From Novosphingobium sp. (GTDB taxonomy: Bacteria > Pseudomonadota > Alphaproteobacteria > Sphingomonadales > Sphingomonadaceae): a stretch of 64,000 nucleotides of DNA. A model generated the notes under the pieces. That model searched no databases. It saw only the letters and a program-made list of their open reading frames with translations, and was not told the origin of the DNA. Shown here piece after piece: positions 19,701 to 25,583 of the stretch. The position numbers and the translations under genes are program-made. The stretch's first letter is position 1. Every line of letters starts with the position of its first letter. The stretch spans positions 2,205,493 to 2,269,492 of the forward strand of contig NZ_OZ245852.1 in assembly GCF_965228995.1 (NCBI RefSeq), read 5' to 3'.

Positions 19701-22019
19701 CTGCAATCGGCGGATGGCAGCGCGATCGGAGTTGATGCGCAGTCGCTCGAAGTGGTGCGTGCAGCGGGCAATGCGCTGCTGTTCAAGCGCGCACCGGCGA
19801 CCATTGGCTCAAGCGATTTCAGTGCAGGGCTGGCCTATATGAATGGCCAGGATCTCACTGTCGGCGATGTGTTTGCGGGCCGCACTTTCGCGCTCGACAA
19901 TCCCTTGGGCTCGCTGCTCGTGGGGGCGGTTCCCTACAGCCTTGCCAGCGAGAACCGCAACGGACGGATCGTTGCCGGGCTGGTGCGACTGCGCGCGGCG
20001 GGCGACATTGGCGGGACCGGGATCACCGCAGCGGGGCTGCCTGCGCGCTTTGACATCCAGACTCCGCAGCTCGACATTCTGGCCGCAGGGTATGACTTTG
20101 CTGCCGCGCCGACAGCCATGCCTGCGGCGACCTTCAGCTTCGATGGCGGCGGCCAGCATATCTTTACCGCGGCCGAGCTGCTCGGCACGGCGGTGATCAG
20201 TCCTGTGACGCCCGCCTACATCAAGATTACCCAGCTGCCGACCGGCGCCAGCCTTGTACTCAACGGGCCCGGCGGCTTGCGTTTCGTCAAGAACGGCTCT
20301 TCGATCCCGGTGTCCGCAATCTCGCAGCTGCAGTTCAATGGTTTCAGCGGATTGGGCACCCAGACGATCGGTTTCCAGCTTGTCCTGCCAGCAGGGGCCA
20401 TCGGCACCGGCCCCGCGCCCAATGGACAAGCTGGCGGCTCGGCCTGGCTCGATCTGCGCAGTCCGGTGCGGATTGGCGGCGGAACAAGCTCGCTCATCGG
20501 CGCGCGCGGCAGCATCGATATCGGCAAGGTTGGAGGCAGCACCGGGCTGGTCGATCTCGAAAGCCCGATCACGGTAGGCGGCACCGCCACTATCGTGACC
20601 GCTGGCCCCTTCGCCATCGGGCAAACGGTGACCGTGGGCGCGAGCGGTATTGCAACGCCGGCTTCCTGCGCCACCGATCCCGGCCCGGCAGCATGCCTGA
20701 TGGACTTGTCGAGGCTCAACCTCACCGTCGGCGGCGCGTTCAACTTCACCACCGGGCGCACTATCGAGTTCGGAGCGTTGGCTGCTGGCGGCGGCACCGT
20801 GGAATCGACCCAAGGCTCGATAACCATCGACCGGAGCCTCATCGGGAGCGCGAACGCTGCTGCGCCCTTCACGCTGAAGGGCAATACCGGCGTGTTCACC
20901 CACGACATTCTCGGCGGCGCACTTGCGCTTGTCTCGGCCAACGGCAACGTTGATGTCGCAGGCACGATGAAGGCCTCCTCGATCACGATGATGGGCAAGA
21001 CGACTGGTGTCGACGGCGCCATCGACACCAGCAACCTCGTGATCGTGGCAGACGGCGACGTGACGCTCGAGAGCACGGTCACGGCAGACTCGCTGCATGT
21101 GACCGCAACCGGCGATCTCGAACTTTCGCATTCGATCACATTGCGCTCGCCCCCGGGCCATACGGCCTCGGCGCTCGTTGCGGGCGGCGAGGTGGCGCTG
21201 GGCGACAATGTCGTGATCAGCGGAACTTCGGACAGCGTCCTCACGGTCACCGGCGCGAGCGTCGCATTCGCTCCGTCCTCGATTATCCGCGGGATCGATA
21301 CCCGGATCGTGGCGACAGAAGGCGGTGTGCGGCTCGGCACGATCGATGGCGGTGCGTTGGCGGTCCGCGCCCCGGGCGATATCGTGCTGGGAAGGCTCTT
21401 TGCGCGCGGTGCCTCGCTTGTCTCGCTAGACGGAAACATCGATTTTGGCGGTCCGGTGCAGATCGGAGGGCCGGGCGTCCATGCTGCGGCGCTGCGCACG
21501 GCAGCAGGGCTGGGCGCTGACGGAAGCCTTTACGCCCGCGCGCCGGGGTCGATCACGATCGAGGGACCGATGGCCGCAGCCGGAGGGATCACGCTTGCCG
21601 CTGGTTCGATCGTCACCACCGGAGAGGGCTATCTCAGCGATAACCTCAACGCCGGAATGCCGATCGTGCTGCGCGGTGACCGCATCGCAATCAGTTTCCG
21701 GGATCCCGCGCTGGGCGCGCAGCCGCTCAACCTCAATGTCGCCGGCTATACCGCGCCCGCAGCGAGATCGGCACGGTTCTTCTTCGACACGGCTCGCCCG
21801 ATCGATTTCACCACGCTCAAGGTCCTGAACGTGCGCGTCGATGCTGGTGGCACCGTTCGCTACGCCCCGTGGAGCGAGTGCAGCATGCTGCCTGTCGCGG
21901 CCGGTAGCTGGCTCGAAGTCTGGGGCGGGCCTGCAGGGCGCTGCGCCCAGCCACCTGCGCTGGACCCCGTTGAAGCCCGGCCGATCGCGCCGCAACCCTC
22001 CTCCCTTTCGCAGCGGTGA
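4761..22019 (+). CDS. giant two-partner-secretion exoprotein TpsA, filamentous-haemagglutinin-like, 5752 aa
   Basis: One uninterrupted 17.3 kb ORF. It has an extended signal peptide followed by a TPS (haemagglutination-activity) domain: NHFDHFNVNTGQSATLVLPKGTNNLVNLIRDASTINGSV...GNVFLVVPSGLIIGATGSIDTGRLIV. A very long Gly/Ala/Ser/Thr/Val-rich repetitive region (beta-helix-like) follows, then a less repetitive C-terminal third with paired cysteines. A TpsB gene lies immediately downstream. Confidence 0.9.
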   Translation: MTRGSSLHPRVHHLYARLMVGVSITATAALVPALARAQSIDVTASAGGPSSVALQSGGSAAVVTTSRVVDGTGFNHFDHFNVNTGQSATLVLPKGTNNLVNLIRDASTINGSVRSVLGAVGGQIGGNVFLVVPSGLIIGATGSIDTGRLIVRGSPGLYAGDEPTTANVFDGGRAASVVINGRISAPGGVDIHTASLTMGSSGQIETGAAALARIGNTLDLRNSLVSTQGLPSGQAIITTASGGIAIVADSVTLAGKIADNPATTANEAEPGALLDARPVASSPALVGGVTLQGPALNLGGQIIAWDGTASGPAGDITMTASDSETYGGLFAAQVPYFGMPKSNAGISIGGVIRGGTIAISASASSSTKLDDASKAVAALDTLAGKLSSVALGKLTGKAGLGIGAFVSLASANAAISVGAGASITAARDLSLTAGSAASSVSKASAKSGGTSAGGLAIAVSVAQTTSNAAITVGTASGGATLSAGGALTIGASSDPRADVRVRVASSGSAVAAAVAYNEVNSDAGVTVAKGSVLDGTAIGISAKTIQGDSGAGILTSATGSTYDTSPGGGVAAVTEETIRSHVNVAGTVGSARTATVAIAANTTTLFNKTSATTTAATGTDTSGTIPTSKASLTDLIGNLLRLSTDDPAKPKVGTIGTSANPASRATASVAVLQADESATAQITGSITATGKVSVGGVVSDKDVRNNAQASTAASLAVNGAATSVSGAAAWGTFTYTGTADIGGTVKAGSLSVSSLVDRPVGLVDNIGTLVDQAGTLNTPDNFNSILADLSFAKDVVATLPSILAPKSGLFGSYAGASGDSDSSGKAAIGGSIAYARIDSNSRAWIDPASQITIAGPQADASTIDAETNIALLSISGPKLFGTKSGGAAGGGAITYNTINPVTLAGIGDGAVFTAPDKALSVIANAAIDALTLAPVAGRGKSTTLSGAFAVNQIEGATRAVISNTARLAIGAGALRLSAATDEQVWTIAGTLAWNKADGSAGSSDTSVGIAGALNYVSLTTQATVGPAHDLFDPASPAVAAAASAGITSGNVSITAQTTGSINAISVAGVRDNSNAETTPDFLSNTNARFNKFKGAIGTGIVDFLTDMTTGLLASFGASTYSQQLKTNYASRKDAGTADAVTAGDQAAKPPAPTDGWGVAGSASVNLTALVTKVDIGLGRFTRSANATSASFLAKASERADTLAITGGAALANGVKYSGSSTLIAGAYGVTYSKNATTLTIDHSIIAGFDAISANAAMNGLRIGAGLALAADTTKTPDGRTFASSASLIIANDSVGANLTDDSVTGTGKGDVSVLAFDGRTLGAGAGGLSWGTQSGFGAALTVLIDKNASGTPTSALLARTPVAGFVNLSVQALDAARLVGIAAAGAITTGTGQGGNGLAASISFNDVALGTKALIDLGDNGVGSVNVTGALTVAAGEYAATNPSAQFARISCTINCDAGESLLSSFNIASTTFGADDPVQASDLPSGAAIISVAIPVAAARGSAGGLGLSVNLITNDRTAAIIGGAAATGSTIKAGSLALRTVDRATILSLAAGFAGSDNGSAVMGSLAYNQIGGTATASLTRSAGATKGPVVEIGSAGGPAAPASVTALADGRIYSLSGAIGSAKNAAGGLAVSVNAIARQGSGPAAGINALVSGVTLAGNPSLAVNAASTGTILSGAVAGALGTGNALGGSASTNAIAPTIAARADGLAYANAVTGDLAVTASDSASIRSLALAAALSTNQNSLGAGISVNRISTNVLASLTPASAISVRNLLVQSQSAATTQLVAVGLALAGKFGGAGSIAVNQTSAEADALLTLNGFNVNATGSVGVLATRDSAIDAAAGAAGFGAKSAVGAALVLNDVTGGAQALVSGTGGATVTALGQGDGLTVRTGDLTEALKQFDLPALVPESTGTTGASRAALGKLKPATTVVHGVAINANSTHATRTLAITGAIAGNGFAAAVTAVVGNVGGTTLAKASGIQFKVGNVAAAKPVAEPVALDIRAGTAIDTSSFAGAVAGSNGVGVGAPVVSDGLTAQTSALLSGGGVTTTGSVTVRAASRQAATALVLAGAVGGNVGAAVSGVSPRFAAVTTAAVDDPDTVSILGSGGLAINADSDSRGFATFGSLALGKAAGAATVVVVTDDDQTTARYKSAKRIAVTAPAISVSANGRFDARVAGGSVAAGVAGALVGNGVGVVNRQVIAAQASGLNYTNAAGKVSVTAAQIANFQPVIGQVAVTASLASGAGALGAVVVLSQAKVDATLIDPLVTAGTVSVNAYGASGVDALQLGFAGGLSGSIGANVTYIGIGEVADTGALFSKSGGNDANSQVAANAGSSGSGNGNLAMLGGGSGETTAQQAAAAGMDQLSGPASTHLVTGADGTRDATGALQTSSRDQFMQVGAVTSAPSADDGAASRVRAQVLSATAGQASQVKVGALSVVSSANLVSKSSNFQGAASLASGSAAIAITRNAANSIARIGAGVIAAGLAGSSTLDVRADTGQDASRLTGGITNPSKAAEALVVSGSVGALTANIGLADIKLQTVSLAESLGAVGFGTTTIKASDSSDAAANVYGVAAGATGALNVALANVTKQGTVGAQLAGKSFSAITRVIAAGGGSTSAYALAASGGYFFDGNAAVALATDQRTIDARVGEGTVVASNTLLVDASATPQISAQSDGIAVSGGLAMGGSVALATADATILARIGEGGRITCVTLLAPGCTLTVRAALLQPASGPNVLASARGSAGGALAAANASIATASDTADVAAIVGADLNGQPGAPTVLAGPSITISASRTLAQTARADGLTIAGLLSVGVQAAKARSSGTVDAALLNVDGSQQVLVDAVTGRPLVDASGAFVRNPDATVTASSLDLNTAITRAGAGALGAGVAADAATDSSGIVTTTIAPDAAFAFRAGKLTATATAAADYHAEADATQASVVGGSGSTTENSVNTTAHVVIGKAGKGSTPGTNSVLRASSFVIGAQNIVGQTGNDGGFSKGAGGGAATGAAAKVTNQVTQHAAVDVLAGTTLRQYGDASQNLLAMQINAGITTARSASTALQVGGVMLLPFARTDSTFNADSKVAIGTNALLRADGGIGIGTTAQQTIADSSAVQIYGLAGIGGGSSSTTANTSGLVTVGDGATIESLSDVLLTPGIGADGLSRDSISVSDQTDVFNQTVVPITVDHDAHATANLSNRLIVGKAVVRSARDVTFSALAQGVTATAVGTGHNPYLSIFSKSDSGGTADMATSGAIALNGSQITAGFLANRKIGITDTNDGGWQVVEADFDGTDKLTRTITADVSGSITGDTLTSGAGLTTAAPDRDRLGLAQFSSRTVSALDVVGQQITSLTAQVQAAGIVVPSDPNLLPAGDAHDSLASKLAAAAAQSALVAKLSAAFDTRAALTASGNTTTAGIMVDNLLAAGGSFAINTDSITGSGSRVVANASPTIAINSTSARNLLLGNLFIPAKPSGAVTYGGQAGETNLSTIATVQSSGIGDTVEGLIDVTNGAPFGGKSDLLVFGPIANVGGTFKALVNNGNFSQFGDVQVGKYDVTVPNGLFNVSTDGAFTKGVPINLYYGHVGLTLNDPQSSGCAGGSGEGCKANANDLSLFVQSAIAEQAVANYLVDHPVLTNGQPLTVGSGIDGLRSALKQLFNLSDAQVADPIRLLFEEGFVPAGSQQYYHVNSAGQLIAVATTFGIAKWGTANHSSGATIFASCSAVCEVESNDRDLSNGFSGQEFLFQTHSGETVRFNYPDNDGLGSYYSLGSAFVDPVITRQINANSQLGPGDNRTISANQVRINAKFVNISGSIVAGPEKQRSVDISARFTDATGMLIQDSMALDPNVHVGSVSAPLQLTNVATGNIGARYVVSGLVRNAQNQVISTTGYIQLDDVDAGAGGVIDITGRILNTNPLGGGELRVLDGFANISIINNAPVDLHLGTINAGTDVSGLIKLTDLKGDGSVETTQYRDVPGQGVTMSHVTSMPVAGQPGQFTTKVDDLVTYAVGVGETGTNTSSDSPLQYDPSTRGGAYFVTNETRTITREVSVTNGTQLDGVDVRYGAASPWKYGNATQQPQGGTFVDISTQGTDPRLLAALGGSTPDFVQMVSGVVTDKINDTTQFSAAPGQNYDENFTWELPKTINVTLTTAVRATYPINILFDQGHGQSGVNVVSTQGSVVVGGRITYGGGDVAITSAQSILGTPSGLVYAHGFRGCANSTSPSNCESNGLTGSIGSADQPLAVTVAGSTLGDPVTGLGKSLGGTVSAQTSNGDVYLKLNSSTATAGDLDAVVLAAVGASGKVVITSGTGLVGLDGLGPNIAAKEIDLTSAGSVGGFNPYSGSGSDPLLKPALTVEVGEGGLWINAGGDITVQGAMHHDATDLANVLRLGAIVSTRDVQIRAPGSIVALDTTTIVNQDKLARFLAAAQALQLAPSASCSGAACSGTDPARLASITDALRNQARTAYDTIIRSAGLPTSEATDIAARIDKLNALSAAGVAIGRDGTLVYDPLKDTGKTAAAFAATLTGRSGLSTADVTSALQTYANSVIALVGTRLPNLSGSADKAAAISALVQAQGRSAAEADALGKLQLVDQLRSQGVQIDASGKVTLSATATVAPGSALAALAVSALQSQTNALKPAAGATAITPIAQPTPADVQRGLQAYVDSLTTRIKPLLGGTLPTLAGISTDAAQLAFIDSKVSAGSFAAYAGAQTADAKAVLLQEFGALPPSRTSIDTLAFAPAFLAARTDGATWQQTQLDFQVPSTAFVPVADTQFETRKAVITARSLTLVAGNSIGNFEAPKAFRFTSAGLVDAAGKPITDPLQKQLAAAYLASAGPGDLVASVTGSPATQVTFISRHDQPLPLDVSGVVNAFAATNYVSRSTTWTAANADQLSGDIFLTDVGTMTIGSIVSLKPVTGARRNDCNSNPAVPLSGCDSRIRLTANAITGVTQGAVQLTGRTFVNGSLSRQNVTDPAGRAVIMGGLIRLEASNGNLQSADGSAIGVDAQSLEVVRAAGNALLFKRAPATIGSSDFSAGLAYMNGQDLTVGDVFAGRTFALDNPLGSLLVGAVPYSLASENRNGRIVAGLVRLRAAGDIGGTGITAAGLPARFDIQTPQLDILAAGYDFAAAPTAMPAATFSFDGGGQHIFTAAELLGTAVISPVTPAYIKITQLPTGASLVLNGPGGLRFVKNGSSIPVSAISQLQFNGFSGLGTQTIGFQLVLPAGAIGTGPAPNGQAGGSAWLDLRSPVRIGGGTSSLIGARGSIDIGKVGGSTGLVDLESPITVGGTATIVTAGPFAIGQTVTVGASGIATPASCATDPGPAACLMDLSRLNLTVGGAFNFTTGRTIEFGALAAGGGTVESTQGSITIDRSLIGSANAAAPFTLKGNTGVFTHDILGGALALVSANGNVDVAGTMKASSITMMGKTTGVDGAIDTSNLVIVADGDVTLESTVTADSLHVTATGDLELSHSITLRSPPGHTASALVAGGEVALGDNVVISGTSDSVLTVTGASVAFAPSSIIRGIDTRIVATEGGVRLGTIDGGALAVRAPGDIVLGRLFARGASLVSLDGNIDFGGPVQIGGPGVHAAALRTAAGLGADGSLYARAPGSITIEGPMAAAGGITLAAGSIVTTGEGYLSDNLNAGMPIVLRGDRIAISFRDPALGAQPLNLNVAGYTAPAARSARFFFDTARPIDFTTLKVLNVRVDAGGTVRYAPWSECSMLPVAAGSWLEVWGGPAGRCAQPPALDPVEARPIAPQPSSLSQR

Positions 22020-23662
22020 AACTCATGCCTTTCCGTCCTAGCTGCGCTTTTGCGGCCATTGTTCTCATCGCCCTCGCTCCGCTCCCGGAAAACGTGCGGG
22101 CGGCGGCTCCGGTGCTTGCCCCCGGTGTCGATCCAGGCCTGATCAACGAGAGCCTCAGGCGCCAGTTCGAGCTTGATCGCCCGGTCGCCCCTCCGCAGCC
22201 GAGCGTCAGCGTGGATGCCGCGCCCCCCGCAGAGCCCAGCACCCGCACCTCCCTGCGCTTTGCGCTCAAGACCATCCAGTTCGATCAGAGCCACTATTTC
22301 GGCCCGGACACGCTCGCCGCGCTCGCACGTCCGCTGGAGGGGCGCGAAGTCGGGATCGATGAGCTTCAGGCGCTCGTTGCGCGGATCAATGCGCTTTATA
22401 CGGCGCGGGGCCTCGCCACAGCGCGTGCGGTCCTCGCTCCGCAAGCAGTCGAGGGCGGGATCGTGAAGATCCGCCTCGTCGAAGGACGGCTCGGCGCTAT
22501 TACGGTCACTGGCGGCAGTGCGCGCAGCCAGCGCCGGGTGCGCGGGGTGATTGCGCTGCGACCGGGCGATCTTGCCGATCCGCGCGATCTCGAGGCGCGG
22601 CTGCGCCAGTTCAACCGCGAAAACGATGGCCACCTGCGCGCTGGGCTGACAGCAGGCCAGGGCCTTGGCCAGACGGATCTCGAGCTGCAGCTGATCGAAC
22701 CGCCCCGGCTTGGCCTTGAGGTGTTTGCCGACAACAACGGCTACCGCTCGACCGGCATGTGGGAGGAAGGCGCGATCATCCGGGCGTACCGCGTGCTGGG
22801 CACGGCTGACCGGGCTTCGCTCGTTGCGGTGCGCTCGCCGGGTGTGAAGTCCGTTTCCGGGGCGTGGTCTGCTCCGATTGGTACAGGCACGCGCTTCGGC
22901 CTCGCCGCCTCTTACGGCGAAACGACCATCCGGCAGAGCACTTCCAATCCGCTCTCGATTGCCGGCCGCTCAAACACCGTCAGCGGCGACCTCGCGTTTG
23001 CCCTGGCCAATCGCAACAGCTTTGCGCTCCATCTCGATACCACCTTGAGCTTCACCCAGTCCGACACCCGCATCAGCGGCGAACGAGTGGTCGACAACCA
23101 GGTAACGACGGCCGGAGCCGCGCTCTTGTTCGATATCTTCACGCCCCACCTCGTCGGCTCGGGCCATATCGAGGCCAATTTCAGTCACGTCGAGGAACGG
23201 GTCTCGGGCAGCGTGGTCGAACCGCTCATCCTGCGCGGGGATTTGCAGCTCAGCCGCCCCGTGGGAAGCCACGGCAACTACATCCGCTTCCGCGGCGATG
23301 GCCAGTGGACCGGAGCGGGGGCGCTGCCCGGCCTGCTTCAATACCAGATCGGCGGCGCACGCTCGGCCCGCGCGCTCGATCCGGGCACCGCGGCGGGGGA
23401 CAGCGGGTTTACCGTGGCTCTGGAAACAGGACACGCGCAGCCGATCGGACGTTGCGCGATCGATGTCGGGTTTTTCCTCGATCACGCTGAAGCTTATGCC
23501 GCTGGTCAGCCAGCCGAACGCGCGACCGATATCGGCACCTCGCTCACCTTTTCGCTCAACAACCGCATCAGCATTCGCGGACAATATGCCTTGGCGGTTG
23601 ATCATTCCGGACCCGGCGTGATGCCAAGGCGGGGATACCTCTCGGTCTCGGCGCGTTTCTAG
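22016..23662 (+). CDS. TpsB outer-membrane transporter (ShlB/FhaC/HecB family; POTRA plus 16-strand barrel)
   Basis: 548 aa with a signal peptide (MKLMPFRPSCAFAAIVLIALAPL). The POTRA-like region reads LKTIQFDQSHYFGPDTLAALARPLEGREVGIDELQALVARINALYTARGLATARAVLAPQAVEGGIVKIRLVEGRLGAITVTG. The C-terminal barrel ends ...LSVSARF. Its start overlaps the tpsA stop (GTGA), or it uses the ATG at 22025. Confidence 0.9.
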   Translation: MKLMPFRPSCAFAAIVLIALAPLPENVRAAAPVLAPGVDPGLINESLRRQFELDRPVAPPQPSVSVDAAPPAEPSTRTSLRFALKTIQFDQSHYFGPDTLAALARPLEGREVGIDELQALVARINALYTARGLATARAVLAPQAVEGGIVKIRLVEGRLGAITVTGGSARSQRRVRGVIALRPGDLADPRDLEARLRQFNRENDGHLRAGLTAGQGLGQTDLELQLIEPPRLGLEVFADNNGYRSTGMWEEGAIIRAYRVLGTADRASLVAVRSPGVKSVSGAWSAPIGTGTRFGLAASYGETTIRQSTSNPLSIAGRSNTVSGDLAFALANRNSFALHLDTTLSFTQSDTRISGERVVDNQVTTAGAALLFDIFTPHLVGSGHIEANFSHVEERVSGSVVEPLILRGDLQLSRPVGSHGNYIRFRGDGQWTGAGALPGLLQYQIGGARSARALDPGTAAGDSGFTVALETGHAQPIGRCAIDVGFFLDHAEAYAAGQPAERATDIGTSLTFSLNNRISIRGQYALAVDHSGPGVMPRRGYLSVSARF

Positions 23663-23707
23663 GCGCTTTGGCCAAACTGGGTACCGTCAGGGGATTGCAC
23701 CAGAGCG

Positions 23708-24184
23708 GTGAACTTCGGGTCGATCGAGGAGTGCACGCTCGAAAGTTTTCGATTCGTGAATTCGGCCATGTCCGAGGGCACATTCCTCGGGTGCCATACC
23801 GCGATCCCGCTGATGAAAGCTGGCGGCGGCGGCTCAATCATCAACATGGGATCGATTGCCGGGATAAAGGGCGTCAGCCAGATTCCCGGCTATTGCGCTG
23901 CCAAGGGCGCCATCCACGCCCTGACGCGCTGCGTTGCGGTCTATTGCCGCGAGCAAGGCAACGGCATCCGCTGCAACACGATCGTGGCCGGTTCGATCCG
24001 CACCCCGATGACCATGCGCGCGCTCTCGGAGATGCCCGAGGACAGCCCGAGCTTCGAGGAACTGGAAGTCCACGGTCAGGGCCAGCCCTCTGACGTGGCC
24101 AACATGGTCCTCTACCTGGCCTCGGACGAGGCGCGCCATGTCAACGGGGCGTCGCTGGTCATCGATAATGGGGAGACGGCCTGA
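23708..24184 (+). pseudogene. N-terminally truncated short-chain dehydrogenase/reductase (SDR) fragment
   Basis: 158 aa that align to the C-terminal two-thirds of an SDR (NFGSIEECTLESFRFVNSAM...MGSIAGIKGVSQIPGYCAAKGAIHALTRC, with the active-site YxxxK). Compare the intact paralogue at 37991. The Rossmann TGxxxGxG N-terminus is absent. The frame is closed by the tpsB stop codon TAG at 23660. Confidence 0.7.
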
Positions 24185-25583
24185 CCTTCGGGCCATTGGT
24201 TGCGGGCAGTCCAAGCCAGCGCGCGATCCGGGGTAATCGCCGCAGGAGCGTAAACTCGATCAGGACCATCGCCGCCATCGAGATCGCCAGCATCGGCAGC
24301 AGCGCAGCAAGTGCCAGAACGATCAGCACTACGCCGCCCATGCGCGGGGGCATGGCGGTCGGCGCGGGGGCGCCGAGCCGGTCTGACGGTTTGCGCCTGC
24401 GCCACAGGATGAAGCCGGTGACCGAGAGTGTCACAAGCATCAGCGCGGTGACGACACCGATCAGCTGGTTGACGAGGCCAAACAGCTGCCCCTCGTGCCA
24501 GGCGACGCCGTAGCCAACGACGCGGTCTATCACATGCTTGTCTGCAAAGTCCTCGTGGCTGGTCTCGCGGCCCGTCATCGGATCGAAGGTGTAGGAGACG
24601 CGCAAGGGCCGGTTCTGCGTGTCGGAACGGACCGACCATTGGCTCATTGCCCTGCCTCCGGAACCCGGCGCGGTACCGGGCGGCGTCACGATTACCGGGA
24701 AGGGGAGATGGCGGCCCTTTGCCTCGGCGACGATTTCGCTGAGCGAGACGCCTGACATTGCCATCAGCGTCCCGTCCGGCATGCGGTGGGTGCCCATCGG
24801 CATGGGCGAGGTCGCCATGGCCATTGCGCCGTGCTGGTGTTCGGCGTGCTCGTCGCCGTCCGCCGGCGCGCCGCCGATGGTCCAGTCCTGCTTGCCCTTT
24901 ACCCAGCCCAGTTCGGTCCGCACCGCCTTGAAAGCGCTTCCCCAGACATCGGCCCAGGGCAGCCCGGTTACGAGCAGCACCAGGGCGAGCCCAGAAACCC
25001 AGAAGCCCGTTACCGCATGGAGATCGCGCCACATCACCTTTCGCCCGCCGCCAAGCCGTGGCCAGACCACCCCGGCCAATCCGCGCCCCGCCGGCCACCA
25101 CAGGTAGAGCCCGGTCAGGATCATCACGATGGCCCAGCTGGCCGCGAGTTCGACCAGCCAGCTGCCGCGCTTGCCGAGCATGAGCTGCCCGTGAATATCG
25201 TGCGCCACCTGCATGATCCGCCACTCCGGATCGAGCGTGCCGAGCACTCTGCCATCGGGCGAGACGAAGACATCGCGCATGGCCTTGCCCGGTAAGGCAA
25301 GGTGGACGAGTGCCGCATCGTGCTCCGCTTCCGGCAGGCGGTAGGAGCTGAAACTGCTGCCGGGGAAGGCGGCGATCGCGGCCTTGACCTGCTGATCGGC
25401 GGAAACAGTCCCGGTCACCGCGAGGCCTCGCCATGCGCGCTCCTCCCAGGCATCGACTTGCGGCTTGAACAGATAGGCTGCGCCCGTGAGCGCGAGCACC
25501 ATCACCATCGGCATCACGAACAGCCCGGCATAGAAATGCCAGCGCCAGATCGTGCGATAGAGAAGCGTACGGTCCATCGTCAT
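24159..25583 (-). CDS. PepSY-associated TM-helix (PiuB-like) membrane protein
   Basis: MTMDRTLLYRTIWRWHFYAGLFVMPMVMVLALTGAAYLF... has four TM segments and the LxxxHxxxG/WHExxLFG-like motifs (VAWHEGQLFGLVNQLIG) of PepSY_TM proteins. The true start is at ATG 25583, overlapping the upstream TonB-receptor stop (ATGA); the ORF track extends it further 5'. Confidence 0.8.
   Translation of the reverse strand: MTMDRTLLYRTIWRWHFYAGLFVMPMVMVLALTGAAYLFKPQVDAWEERAWRGLAVTGTVSADQQVKAAIAAFPGSSFSSYRLPEAEHDAALVHLALPGKAMRDVFVSPDGRVLGTLDPEWRIMQVAHDIHGQLMLGKRGSWLVELAASWAIVMILTGLYLWWPAGRGLAGVVWPRLGGGRKVMWRDLHAVTGFWVSGLALVLLVTGLPWADVWGSAFKAVRTELGWVKGKQDWTIGGAPADGDEHAEHQHGAMAMATSPMPMGTHRMPDGTLMAMSGVSLSEIVAEAKGRHLPFPVIVTPPGTAPGSGGRAMSQWSVRSDTQNRPLRVSYTFDPMTGRETSHEDFADKHVIDRVVGYGVAWHEGQLFGLVNQLIGVVTALMLVTLSVTGFILWRRRKPSDRLGAPAPTAMPPRMGGVVLIVLALAALLPMLAISMAAMVLIEFTLLRRLPRIARWLGLPATNGPKVRPSPHYR

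Noticed and set aside
9893-21161. Long antisense and alternative-frame ORFs inside tpsA (for example 9893..11149 minus, 10887..12530 minus, 19809..21161 minus, 20216..21499 minus, 12638..13495 minus, 8483..9454 minus)
   Set aside because: Their translations are low-complexity and Arg/Ala/Gly/Pro-rich, typical of open antisense frames in GC-rich repetitive coding DNA. The sense frame carries a coherent TPS-domain protein across the whole region.
4761-22019. Contact-dependent inhibition (CdiA-CT/CdiI) interpretation of the TPS locus
   Set aside because: I found no VENN or related pre-toxin motif and no small immunity ORF after tpsA; tpsB follows directly. The locus is treated as an adhesin-type TPS system unless a motif scan shows otherwise.
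23668-24093. 141-aa plus-strand ORF in another frame over the SDR fragment
   Set aside because: It has no SDR-like or other recognisable motifs. The 23708 frame aligns to the intact SDR paralogue at 37991.
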